Assembly: GCA_965205265.1 (NCBI GenBank)
Contig: CBDBGH010000003.1
Coordinates: forward strand, 5,184,001 to 5,248,000
From: Alphaproteobacteria bacterium
GTDB lineage: Bacteria; Pseudomonadota; Alphaproteobacteria; Bin95
Length of the DNA stretch: 64,000 nt
Reading direction: 5' to 3'
Positions 38,881 through 47,698 of this stretch are shown here, one piece after another. The notes below the pieces were generated by a model, which was not told the origin of the DNA, searched no databases, and saw nothing but the letters and a program-made list of their open reading frames with translations. The stretch's first letter is position 1, and the number at the start of each line of letters is the position of its first letter. Position numbers and translations under genes: made by a program.

Positions 38881-39133
38881 GCGGCGGAAACCGCCGGGAC
38901 CGCCGGCGACGGTGTTCTACGTGCCGACGACGGAGGAGCTGCGTGCGAGGGTAGGCAATCTGAGCGCGTGGGCCCGGCGGCTGCGGGTGAGCCCGCGATA
39001 TGCCGGCAACATTCTGAGACGCCACGGCGGAAGGGCGGTCGATCTCGGAAGGATCTGGGGTGAGGACAGTCGCGTGATCCTGCGCGAGGCGGCCGCCGCC
39101 ATGCAGGATCCGTCGCAGGACGAAAGGGAATGA
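38873..39133 (+). CDS. Small hypothetical protein
   Basis: Overlap-coupled between its neighbours. Confidence 0.45.
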   Translation: MGERRKPPGPPATVFYVPTTEELRARVGNLSAWARRLRVSPRYAGNILRRHGGRAVDLGRIWGEDSRVILREAAAAMQDPSQDERE

Positions 39134-39621
39134 CAATGAAGCATGCATTCACCACGATAACGGCGGCTGCGGCCGCCCTGTTTCTGGCGGGCTGCGGGCC
39201 GGACCAGGGTCCGAAACAGAACCTGGGGACCATTCTGGGGGCCGTCGGCGGGGCTGTGCTCGGCAATGAAGTCGGGAAGGGCCGGGGCCGCAAGGTGGCC
39301 ATCGCGGCCGGGACGCTGATGGGGGCGATGCTCGGCTCGCGCCTGGGCAGGGATCTCGACGAGGCCGACCGGATCATCGCCGACCGGTCGACGCGGAACG
39401 CCCTGGAGACGTCGCGGTCGGGAGACCGCACGGTCTGGCGGAACCCGGATAGCGGTAATTCGGGCTGGGTCGTGCCGACCCAGACCTGGGAAGCCTCGCC
39501 GGGGCGGTATTGCCGTGAGTTCCGGACGGGGATCACGGTCGGCGGCCGGCAGGAGACGGCTTACGGGACCGCCTGCCGCCAGCCGGACGGCAGTTGGGAG
39601 ATCGTGCAGCCGGGAGCCTGA
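39130..39621 (+). CDS. 17-kDa-surface-antigen-like lipoprotein (glycine zipper, RT0821/Lpp0805 type)
   Basis: Lipobox LAGC, Gly zipper, WRNPDSG, YCREF and GTACRQPDGSW motifs. Confidence 0.88.
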   Translation: MTMKHAFTTITAAAAALFLAGCGPDQGPKQNLGTILGAVGGAVLGNEVGKGRGRKVAIAAGTLMGAMLGSRLGRDLDEADRIIADRSTRNALETSRSGDRTVWRNPDSGNSGWVVPTQTWEASPGRYCREFRTGITVGGRQETAYGTACRQPDGSWEIVQPGA

Positions 39622-39640
39622 CGGTCGGCTGCATCTCGAG

Positions 39641-40135
39641 ATGCCTCGTAGCGGAGAAGCGCAGTCCGTGTCATCGGTCGTCGAGGAAGCGCAGAGGATC
39701 GCGATGGCCTTTCCCTGTCGACTGGCCGTCGAAGCGGGACATCCGCGCTACAGGTGGGTCTGCAACGGCCTGGTGCTGCGCATGACCGTCAATACGGGCT
39801 ATGAGTGACTGGAGGAGGGTTTCGGCGGGTCCGTGTGGCATGCCTCGATCAGCTTCCGGCGCCGGAGGTCCCGCCGCCAGTACCGGGCGGCCCTGCTCGC
39901 GGCCCTCAAGGGCGTCGGAGACCCTTCAAGGGAGTGGAGCGACACCAGCCCGGACGGCACGGTGTTTCACCTGCGCCGCCGCCTTACGGAGCCTGAGGAA
40001 TTGCGGGCGGGTTCGCCCGCCGACATCCGAGGAACGGACGAGGCGGTGCGCCGGCAGGCGGAAATGGCCCGGGTGCTCGGTTGGCCGCTTCGGCGGGCGC
40101 AGGACCTTGACAGGCCGGACGGTATTTTCTCGTGA
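39641..40135 (+). pseudogene. Hypothetical gene with one in-frame TGA at 39806-39808
   Basis: ORFs ending 39808 and starting 39833 share a frame, with only this stop between them. Confidence 0.45.
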
Positions 40136-40181
40136 CCCGGTTATCCTGTCTGCGGGCGGCACAGGAAGGAGGCAGTCGATC

Positions 40182-40931
40182 ATGAAAATGTCGGTGGAGG
40201 AATTCGTGCGTGCCCGGGATAAGGGAAGGCGCGTGTTCGCCGGCGTCGAACTGCCTCCCGGCTCAAGCCTGGCAGGCGAATGCCTGGAGGATGTCATCCT
40301 GGTCGGGGCTGTCCTTCGCGGGGTCGATTTCAGCAGGGCGGATCTCGGCGGCGCCGACCTTACCGGGGCAAATGTGGAAGAGGCGGACTTCAGTGGCGCC
40401 CAGCTGGAGCATGCCGTTCTGCACGGCGTGAGGGCTGCGCAGGCGAGATTCTCGGGCGCCGGCATGCAGGGCGTGCTGATGCGCGGGGCCGATGCGTCCG
40501 GAGCGCGCATGGACAATGTCCGGTTCAGCTACGGGGACCTGTCGGCGATCGCCGACCTGTCCGGGAGCGTGCTGAACGGGGCGGACCTGTCCGACTCGCT
40601 GATGAACGAGGTTTCGTTTCGCGGCGCCAAACTCCAGGATGCGGACCTGACCGGTGCAAGGGCCATGCGGACCCTGTTTGTCGAGGCGGACCTCCGTCAG
40701 GCAAGGCTCGTGGGCGTGACGGGGCAGGCGGCTCTCTTCTTGAAGGCAGATCTGACGGGGGCCAGTCTGGCGCAGGCCCGGCTACCGGACGCGGACTTCG
40801 CGTCGGCGGTGATGAGATACACCAATGTGGATTCCGCCGATCTGCGGGATGCGAAATTCGATAATGCGGCGATGGACGATGCGGTGCGTGCAGCCATCGT
40901 GCAGACAGAACCGGCCGGGCCGGCCCCTTGA
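40182..40931 (+). CDS. Pentapeptide repeat protein
   Basis: AGGAGG RBS; RARDKGRRVF cap; tail EPAGPAP. Confidence 0.9.
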   Translation: MKMSVEEFVRARDKGRRVFAGVELPPGSSLAGECLEDVILVGAVLRGVDFSRADLGGADLTGANVEEADFSGAQLEHAVLHGVRAAQARFSGAGMQGVLMRGADASGARMDNVRFSYGDLSAIADLSGSVLNGADLSDSLMNEVSFRGAKLQDADLTGARAMRTLFVEADLRQARLVGVTGQAALFLKADLTGASLAQARLPDADFASAVMRYTNVDSADLRDAKFDNAAMDDAVRAAIVQTEPAGPAP

Positions 40932-40966
40932 GGGGCCGCGGGCTCCACAGGGAAGGCATGCGGAAA

Positions 40967-41286
40967 TGGAAAGCAGGTTTGACGACAGGCCGGCATCCAG
41001 GCGGCCATCGGCAAGCGCCCCTCCTGTTCTCGAGATCGGCTGGGACAACGGGGCCGTGATCTATCCGGTCGGGGTCGAAACCGGAATCTCCGAAATCTAT
41101 GTCCAGAAGCGGTTCCATTCCGAGGCGGTGGACGCCATTCGGGCGTTGCTGCGGGTCATGGGAAGGCCGGAAGAGGGCGGAGAGGCCGCGCTGGCGCGAC
41201 GCAAGGCCGAAACGGTGCTGTTTCGCGAGGAGGCGTACCGTCTCGGTTCGAGGCCGGACGGGCTGCCGGTGAATTGGAGGTGCTGA
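40967..41286 (+). CDS. Hypothetical protein (start approximate)
   Basis: 3' part of ORF 40825..41286, coupled to the next gene. Confidence 0.45.
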
Positions 41287-42053
41287 TGGGCGCGCCCGAC
41301 CACCGCCTCGGAATGGAACCGCTTCTGGACATAAGTGAGGCGCGCTTGCTCTATCGCAGTTCGCTGGCTCGGCAGGCGGGCTGCGTCAACCGTCGGCGTC
41401 GTCGGAAGTTCCGTGCGATGGAACGCGCCGTCGACGAGCATGACGGGATGACGCTCGATGCCGCCGACGAGGAGGTTTGGGTCTGGTCGGACCTGCACCT
41501 GGGACATGCGAACATCATCGAATATGCAGCGCGACCGTTCGCCGGTGTCGATGAGATGAACGCGTCTCTGTGGCGGCAGTGGGAACGGATTGGAGGACGG
41601 GCGTCGACGATGGTGGTTGTCGGTGACCTGGCGATGGGCAGCGCCGTGTCCGACAACACATGGGCGCGCGTGCAGGGGACGGGGCCTGGAAAGAAAATCC
41701 TGGTGCTCGGGAATCACGACCTTACCGGTTCGGGCAAGGTGCGCGTCGAGGGATTCGATGAAATGGGGTCGCTCATGCTCTGCGCCGGTGACCCACCGCT
41801 TGTCTGGACCCATTTCCCGCTCGACGACGTGCCGGAGGGGTGGGTGAACGTGCATGGACACGAGCACGATGCGCCGCCGCGCGACTCGCGGCACATCAAT
41901 GTATGCGTCGAGCATCTCGACTTCGCGCCGGTGTCCCTCGGGAGGATCAGGGCGCTCGCAAGAGCGCTTGTTCGCGGCTCGGCGCCAACTTGCGGAAGGA
42001 CGATCGAGCGGATCGAAACGATCGAGGCGCGCTCGGCGGCCGGCGGCAACTGA
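41286..42053 (+). CDS. Calcineurin-like metallophosphoesterase
   Basis: SDLHLGH, VGD, GNHD, THFP and VHGHEH motifs. Confidence 0.85.
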   Translation: MGAPDHRLGMEPLLDISEARLLYRSSLARQAGCVNRRRRRKFRAMERAVDEHDGMTLDAADEEVWVWSDLHLGHANIIEYAARPFAGVDEMNASLWRQWERIGGRASTMVVVGDLAMGSAVSDNTWARVQGTGPGKKILVLGNHDLTGSGKVRVEGFDEMGSLMLCAGDPPLVWTHFPLDDVPEGWVNVHGHEHDAPPRDSRHINVCVEHLDFAPVSLGRIRALARALVRGSAPTCGRTIERIETIEARSAAGGN

Positions 42054-42055
42054 CG

Positions 42056-42871
42056 ATGGCAGGCGGCGGCATGCCTGTTCCGTCGCTCTGCGCGGTATTG
42101 CCTGCCAATGCCGGGGGCCGGGATTTCGTAGTCGGCGACATCCATGGCCATTTCCCGACCCTCCGACGGGCGCTCGCCGAGTTGGAGGTCGGCGCCGCCG
42201 ACCGTCTGCTGTCCGTCGGCGACCTTGTCGACCGCGGGCCGTCATCGGAGGAGGCGCTGGACTGGATGACGGGTGACGGGATGGACTGGCGGTTCGATCT
42301 CGTGCTCAGGGGCAATCATGAACAGATGATGCTGGAGGCCCTCGCGGAATGCCCGCTTCCCGGCGTCCGGGACAGTGTCCGGGACTTGTGGTACGGGAAT
42401 GGCGGGCAGTGGTGGGAAACGGCCGGCCAGGAGGCCCGGGCGGCGTTCTGGATGGCGGCTCTCTCGGACCTGCCGTTCGCTGCCCGTGTGGAGACGGCGC
42501 ACGGTCCGGTCGGCCTGGTGCATGCCTGTCCCGTCCACCGGGCCTGGAGGGAATTGGAGCGCGTCCTGGACGACGACAGCCATGCGGGCGATGTCGCCCG
42601 GACGAGGGCGATCTGGAGCCGCGCCTATTTCGGCAGGGTCGAGCCGCTGATCGGCGAGGACGGCAGCGAGTGGCAGGGCCCGGTCGAGGGGGTCAGGGCG
42701 GTTCTGGTCGGACACACAAGGGTCCGCGAGCCGGTCTGGGCAGGGAACGTGCTGCATATCGAGACGGGCGTCTATTCCGGCGGGCCGTTGACCCTGGCGC
42801 GGATAGACGGGCCGGAGATCGAGACCTGGAGTTTCCACCGGGAGGGAGCGGAACCTGTGGAGAGCGCATGA
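42056..42871 (+). CDS. Metallophosphoesterase, PrpA/PrpB-like; paralog of 17719..18540
   Basis: GDIHG, GDLVDRG, RGNHE and GHT motifs; long blocks shared with the 17719 protein. Confidence 0.9.
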   Translation: MAGGGMPVPSLCAVLPANAGGRDFVVGDIHGHFPTLRRALAELEVGAADRLLSVGDLVDRGPSSEEALDWMTGDGMDWRFDLVLRGNHEQMMLEALAECPLPGVRDSVRDLWYGNGGQWWETAGQEARAAFWMAALSDLPFAARVETAHGPVGLVHACPVHRAWRELERVLDDDSHAGDVARTRAIWSRAYFGRVEPLIGEDGSEWQGPVEGVRAVLVGHTRVREPVWAGNVLHIETGVYSGGPLTLARIDGPEIETWSFHREGAEPVESA

Positions 42872-43239
42872 TACGGACAGGGTTGCGGAATCTGGTTGCG
42901 AAGACGGTGGGCGGTGTCGTGCGGGAGTTTTCCCTTCCGGAGCTGCCGGGCGTCCGGATCGTGCATGCTCCGTGGTGGGAGGGCGGCTTCTATTACGAGT
43001 TCGAGGATATGCGAGCGTACGGGGCCTATCTTGAGGAGAGGAGAGCTGCGCAGCCGCGTGTCCCGCCAAACATCAACGGCGAGAGTCTGTATGGCAGGCT
43101 GCTGAAAACGGCGGTCGGGCTCTTTGTCTGGAACTGGGTGTTCTGGACCCGGATGCGCTTGCGTCTGCAAGACAGCCGCGTCCATCGTTGGTTCTTCGGC
43201 CACGGCACGGGACAGTGGTGGTATGATGGACACCGGTGA
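42868..43239 (+). CDS. Hypothetical Trp-rich protein
   Basis: ATGA overlap with the phosphatase stop. Confidence 0.5.
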   Translation: MIRTGLRNLVAKTVGGVVREFSLPELPGVRIVHAPWWEGGFYYEFEDMRAYGAYLEERRAAQPRVPPNINGESLYGRLLKTAVGLFVWNWVFWTRMRLRLQDSRVHRWFFGHGTGQWWYDGHR

Positions 43240-43299
43240 TCGATGTCTGGCGGGGACGGGGTGGCTGCCGCCGCGCCGTTTCGAGCGGTCCGGCGACGA

Positions 43300-43467
43300 G
43301 AATTTTCCGGGAACCTCTCGAATTCCTGCACGGTGTGGATTATGCGGTGCTTTTTTGCATGGTGGGAGGGATTGGCGGGACCGGTGAGGGCTCTTCGTGC
43401 GCCTGTTTCGGGGACCTCTCGAAAATGGCCGGATTCCCCTTTGCACAAGAAGGGGTTAGAAGGGACC
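43300..43467 (+). promoter_or_regulatory. Putative CRISPR leader
   Basis: Lower-GC stretch abutting repeat 1, containing ACCTCTCGAA twice. Confidence 0.55.
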
Positions 43468-43865
43468 CTATCCAGAGCCTCTGTGTTCCGGCCACACATT
43501 GAAGGCTGTGACCCTGGCGACCGCGTTGAGCATCCCGGCGGCTATCCAGAGCCTCTGTGTTCCGGCCACACATTGAAGGTGAGGGCTGACCGGTGAAGGC
43601 GTCGGCATTCCTCGGCCTATCCGGAGCCTCTGCGCTCCGGCCGCATTGAAGGTTTTCCCTGTCGCCCGGCTAAGTCCTCGAGCGCGCGGTCTATCCGGAG
43701 CCTCTGTGCTCCGGCCACATTGAAGGTGAACGCGGGACAGGAATGCGATAACGAGAAGGCCGGGTTATTCGGAGCCTCTGCGCTCCGGCCACACATTGAA
43801 GCAGTCGAAAAGCGGAGGATGCGGTATGGCAAGCGAATTCTGTCCGGAGCACAGGTTTCGGAAGG
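43468..43865 (+). CRISPR. Orphan CRISPR array: 5 repeats, a degenerate 6th, and 5 spacers; type I-G(I-U)-like repeat
   Basis: Repeats start at 43468, 43542, 43617, 43691, 43765 and (degenerate) 43840; consensus CTATCCGGAGCCTCTGYGCTCCGGCCAC(AC)ATTGAAG with CCGGAGC/GCTCCGG hairpin; unique 37-39-nt spacers. Confidence 0.88.
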
Positions 43866-43934
43866 GTTGGTCAGTGGCACGATCCTCCGCTATTCTATGA
43901 GCGGCACCTGCACGAACTGTCAGGAGGGACCCAG

Positions 43935-45081
43935 ATGAATGCGGAAGCGTTGGCCTTGGCGGCCGAGATTCGCGACTGCCTCGTGGTAATCGGGGACTCT
44001 CTTTAGCCGGGCGGCGTCTGCGGACCGGCTGGCGGTCCTGGATGCTCAAGCCGAAAATCCCGAACTCTGGAACGACCCGGCGCATGCCCGGGCGGTGATG
44101 CGCGAGCGACGGCATCTGGCCGGAAGGCTGGATGACCGGCGGCGCATGGAACAGGCGCTCCAGGACGCGCTCACGCTATGCGCTCTGGGCGAAGAGGAGG
44201 GAGATCCGGCGATCGTGGCCGAAGCCGCGGCCGGACTCCGGGCGCTGTGCCGGCAGGCCCGTCAGCGACGGCTCGAAACGCTGTTGTCCGGCGAAGCTGA
44301 CGGCAATGACTGCTACCTGGAAGTCACTGCCGGGGCCGGAGGCACGGAAGCCCAGGCCTGGGCGTGCATGCTGCTGCGCATGTATCTGCGCTGGGCTGGG
44401 GCCAAGGGCCATGAGATCGAGTGGCTGGAAGAGAGCCCCGGCAGTGAGGGAGGCCTCAAGTCGGCTTCGGTACTTGTCAGCGGCGTAAACGCCTATGGCT
44501 GGCTGAAGACCGAGAGCGGCGTTCATCGCCTTTCGCGGATATCGCCGTTCGACAGGCGGGCCCGGCGTCAGACGAGCTTTGCCTCGGCCTGGATATGGCC
44601 GGCCGTCGACGAGGAACGGGTCGGGATCGAGGTCGATGAAAGGGACCTCAGGATCGACCGCTACCGGGCGTCCGGGGCGGGCGGCCAGCACGTCAACAGG
44701 CGCGAGTCGGCGGTGCGGATCACGCACCTGCCTACCGGGACGGTCGTGCAGTGCCAGGACGAGCGCTCCCAGCACCGCAACCGGTCGACGGCGATGTCCA
44801 TGCTGAAGGCGCGGCTCTATGAGCGCGAACTTCGGGAACGGGAGGCGCGGGCGGCAGCGGAGGCCGCCGCAAAACCCGAGATCGCATGGGGCCGCCAGAT
44901 CCGGTCATACGTGCTTCAGCCGCAGCAACTGGTGAAAGACCTGCGGACCGGCCTGGAGAGGAATGACGCCGGGTCCGTCCTCGACGGGGATATAGACCGG
45001 TTCCTCAGTGCGGCGCTGGCGGCGCGGAGTGCGTATGCGGTGCGGGCGAGGCAGCCGGCTTTCAGCTTGACGACGGCTTGA
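43935..45081 (+). CDS. prfB: Peptide chain release factor 2-like protein; +1 frameshift at CTT TAG C (44001-44007)
   Basis: GGAGG RBS; 23 codons, then CTT TAG; +1 frame continues with ENPELWNDP, GGTEAQ, SPF and GGQ motifs; last residues supplied by IS66. Confidence 0.9.
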
Positions 45082-46663
45082 AGTTCCAGGGAAGCAGTTC
45101 ATCGAGGCGGTCATTGGGATGACCGGCTGCGATGGCTTCGAGTGTGGCCTTGAGCCAGGCGTGTGGCTCGACCTCGTTCAACTTCGCCGTCTGGATGAGG
45201 GATGCTATGCGTCCCCAGGCGGCGGCGCCGTCGTCGTGACCGGCGAACAAGGCGTTTTTCCGTGTAAGGACCACGGGCCGCAGGCTGTTTTCGACGGCAT
45301 TGCTATCCATTTCGACGCGGCCGTCGTCGAGGAAGATCCGGAGGCCGTCCCAATGACGGGCGATATAGGCGAGCTTTTCGCCGAGCCGGGACTTGGGCGA
45401 GACGCGGACGCGCTGCTGCGTCAGCCATTCGCCGAAGGCCTCGACCAGGGGCGCGGAGCGCGTTTGCCGTTCGGCGAGGCGCAGCTCCGGCGGGCTGCCG
45501 CGTATATCGGCCTCGATGGCGTAGAGTTCGGCGATCCGGCGTAAGCCCTCGGCTGCGATTTCCGAGCCGCTGCTGTCGTGGATTTCGCGAAGCCGGCGCC
45601 GACAATGGGCCCAACAGTAGGCCAGCCGCAGCGGCGCGCCGCCCTTGCGGCTCGGTCCGGCCAGCCGGCTGTAGCCGGCATAGCCATCGACCTGCAGGAT
45701 GCCGTCGAAGCCATCAAGGAAGCGCTCCGCATGTTCGCCGCCGCGCCCGGGGGCGTAGAAGTAGACGACGCCCGGTGGATCGGGCCCGCCCCAGGAACGG
45801 TCGTCGCGGGCCAGCGCCCATAACCAGCCGGTCTTCGTCCTGCCGCGGCCCGGATCGAGCACCGGCGCCCGCGTCTCATCCATGAAGAGCTTGGACGACC
45901 GTTTCAGGTGCCGTGCCAGGCGGTCAACCACCGGCCTGAGGTGGAACGAGGCCTTGCCGACCCAGCCGGCCAGCGTCGAGCGGTCCAGATCGAGGCCTGA
46001 GCGGGCATAGATCTGCGTCTGACGGTGCAACGGACAATGATCGGCGTATTTCGAGACCAGCACATGCGCGATAGCGCCTTCGGTCGGCAGCGCCCCTTCG
46101 ATCAGCCGGGCCGGCGCCGGCGCCTGGGTCACGCCTTCCTCACACCGGCGGCAGGCGTATTTCGGGCGCACCGTGACGATCACCCGCAACTGCGCCGGCA
46201 CGATGTCCAGGCGCTCCGTGCGATCCTCGCCGATCTTCGCCATTTCCCCGCAGCCGCAGGGGCAGAGCGTGCTCTCCGGCTCGATCACCTGCTCGATCCG
46301 CTCCAGGTGGTCCGGCAAATGGCCGAGATTGCGCGCCGGGCGAGGACGCTTCGGCGATTGGGCCGGCGCCGGATCGGCCGGCGTGATCGCTTCCTCGATC
46401 TCTTCCGCCGCCGCAACAAGGTCCTCGAACGCCAGCTGGCGCTCGTCCGCCGTCAGCTTCTCCGACCTTTTCCCGTAGATAACGCGCTGCAGCTCGCGCA
46501 CCAGGTGTTCGAGACGGCGGATGCGCTCGGACTGCGCCTCATTGCGGTCCGTCAACACCTCGTTCTCGGTGCGAAGCGTCTCCAGCGCCATGATCGCCTG
46601 CACCGCCGCTTCCCGCTGTTCGGGTGTCAGCGTTTCAAGGTCGATCTCCGCAAGCGCAGCCAT
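45062..46663 (-). CDS. tnpC: IS66 transposase TnpC
   Basis: CPCGC zinc ribbon, MDET, QVDGY, CWAHCRR and DSNAVENSLR motifs. Confidence 0.92.
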   Translation of the reverse strand: MAALAEIDLETLTPEQREAAVQAIMALETLRTENEVLTDRNEAQSERIRRLEHLVRELQRVIYGKRSEKLTADERQLAFEDLVAAAEEIEEAITPADPAPAQSPKRPRPARNLGHLPDHLERIEQVIEPESTLCPCGCGEMAKIGEDRTERLDIVPAQLRVIVTVRPKYACRRCEEGVTQAPAPARLIEGALPTEGAIAHVLVSKYADHCPLHRQTQIYARSGLDLDRSTLAGWVGKASFHLRPVVDRLARHLKRSSKLFMDETRAPVLDPGRGRTKTGWLWALARDDRSWGGPDPPGVVYFYAPGRGGEHAERFLDGFDGILQVDGYAGYSRLAGPSRKGGAPLRLAYCWAHCRRRLREIHDSSGSEIAAEGLRRIAELYAIEADIRGSPPELRLAERQTRSAPLVEAFGEWLTQQRVRVSPKSRLGEKLAYIARHWDGLRIFLDDGRVEMDSNAVENSLRPVVLTRKNALFAGHDDGAAAWGRIASLIQTAKLNEVEPHAWLKATLEAIAAGHPNDRLDELLPWNFKPSSS

Positions 46664-46718
46664 GGCTCGCTTGGTAGCACAGTGTCGCGGAGCCGGACGC
46701 CCCGATCCACCGGCTGAG

Positions 46719-47072
46719 TCACTCCGCCTCAGCCGGGCGCCGCGCCGACAGCGCCCGCACGCGACGCCAGTCCAGGCCCGCGAACAAGGCCTCGAACTGC
46801 GCATGGCTCAGCGACATCACCCCGTCGCGGATCGCCGGCCATACAAAGCCCTGGTCCTCCAGACGCTTGTAGATCAGCACCAGCCCGGTCCCGTCCCAGA
46901 AGACCAGCTTCAGCCTGTCAGCTCGCCTCGATCGAAAGACGTATACCGTGCCGGTGAACGGGTCCCGCCGCAGCGCGCCCTTCACATGCGCGACAAGGCC
47001 GTCGTGCTGGCGGCGGAAGTCGACGGGCTTCGTTGCGACAACGATCCGCACCCGGTTCGACGGGAAGATCAT
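46719..47072 (-). CDS. tnpB: IS66 accessory protein TnpB
   Basis: PVDFRRQHDGL and KLVFWDGTGLVLIYKRLE motifs. Confidence 0.9.
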   Translation of the reverse strand: MIFPSNRVRIVVATKPVDFRRQHDGLVAHVKGALRRDPFTGTVYVFRSRRADRLKLVFWDGTGLVLIYKRLEDQGFVWPAIRDGVMSLSHAQFEALFAGLDWRRVRALSARRPAEAE

Positions 47073-47458
47073 GACAGCGCATTCAGCGCAGACACGATCT
47101 CCGCCAGCCGGCCCGCCGGCACCGCCGCATCCAGACGGACCGTAACCCGGTCCAGAACCACTTCCAGACACCCACCGTTCGCCTCGGCGCCGTGCCCTTC
47201 AGCCCGGACCACCAGCGGCGCAAACTCCACTGCCTCGTCCGCTGCAGGCAAAACCAGGCGACCCTCCCGCGCCTTGCGACGCCAGTCCGACAGATGGCTT
47301 GGGCGAAGATCGTAACGCCGTGCTACCGAGGCCACCCTCGCGCCAGGCTCAAGCGTCTCCGCTACAATCCGCGCCTTCAACTCTTCCGGCCAGCGACGGC
47401 GACCCTTCACTCCACCGATCACCTCGACCGGGCTGAGAAACTCCGCAGTGCGCTCCAT
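47069..47458 (-). CDS. tnpA: IS66 accessory protein TnpA (HTH)
   Basis: RRRWPEELKARIVAETLEPGARVASVARRY motif. Confidence 0.88.
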   Translation of the reverse strand: MERTAEFLSPVEVIGGVKGRRRWPEELKARIVAETLEPGARVASVARRYDLRPSHLSDWRRKAREGRLVLPAADEAVEFAPLVVRAEGHGAEANGGCLEVVLDRVTVRLDAAVPAGRLAEIVSALNALS

Positions 47459-47622
47459 GGAGAAACTCCTCTACGTCCTCCCGAACGTAGCGGAGTCTCA
47501 AATCCCGAGACCGAGCGGAAGGTGCCCCTGCCGCATCGCTTACCGGAGTGCAGCGGGGTCCGGGTAATGGTGGGGGTGTGCGGCAGCAAGGGCGCCAGGA
47601 GACCGTTTGCAAGAAGTCCCTT

Positions 47623-47698
47623 TGGAAGGCCCGCCGGGACTTGAACCCGGAACCTGGCGGTTAAGAGCCGCCCGCTCTGCCGTTTGAGCTACAGGCCT
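47623..47698 (-). tRNA. tRNA-Lys (anticodon CTT), CCA encoded
   Basis: 76-nt cloverleaf: acceptor AGGCCTG/CGGGCCT, D arm GCTC/GAGC, anticodon arm GGCGG-CTCTTAA-CCGCC, T loop TTCAAGT. Confidence 0.92.

Larger units (their letters stand above)
45033..47543 (-). mobile_element. IS66-family element
   Basis: Imperfect IRs GTAAGCGATGCGG / GTATGCGGTGCGG; 8-bp TSD CGGAGTGC at 45025-45032 and 47544-47551; tnpA-tnpB-tnpC order. Confidence 0.92.

Noticed and set aside
43236-43300. cas2 remnant upstream of the CRISPR leader
   Set aside because: No convincing Cas2 motif could be read
43935-45081. PrfH or ArfB-type rescue factor
   Set aside because: It has the full RF2 N-terminal domain, SPF motif and prfB-type frameshift site, and no adjacent rtcB
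47623-47698. Amber suppressor tRNA
   Set aside because: The anticodon loop reads CT-CTT-AA (Lys), not CTA
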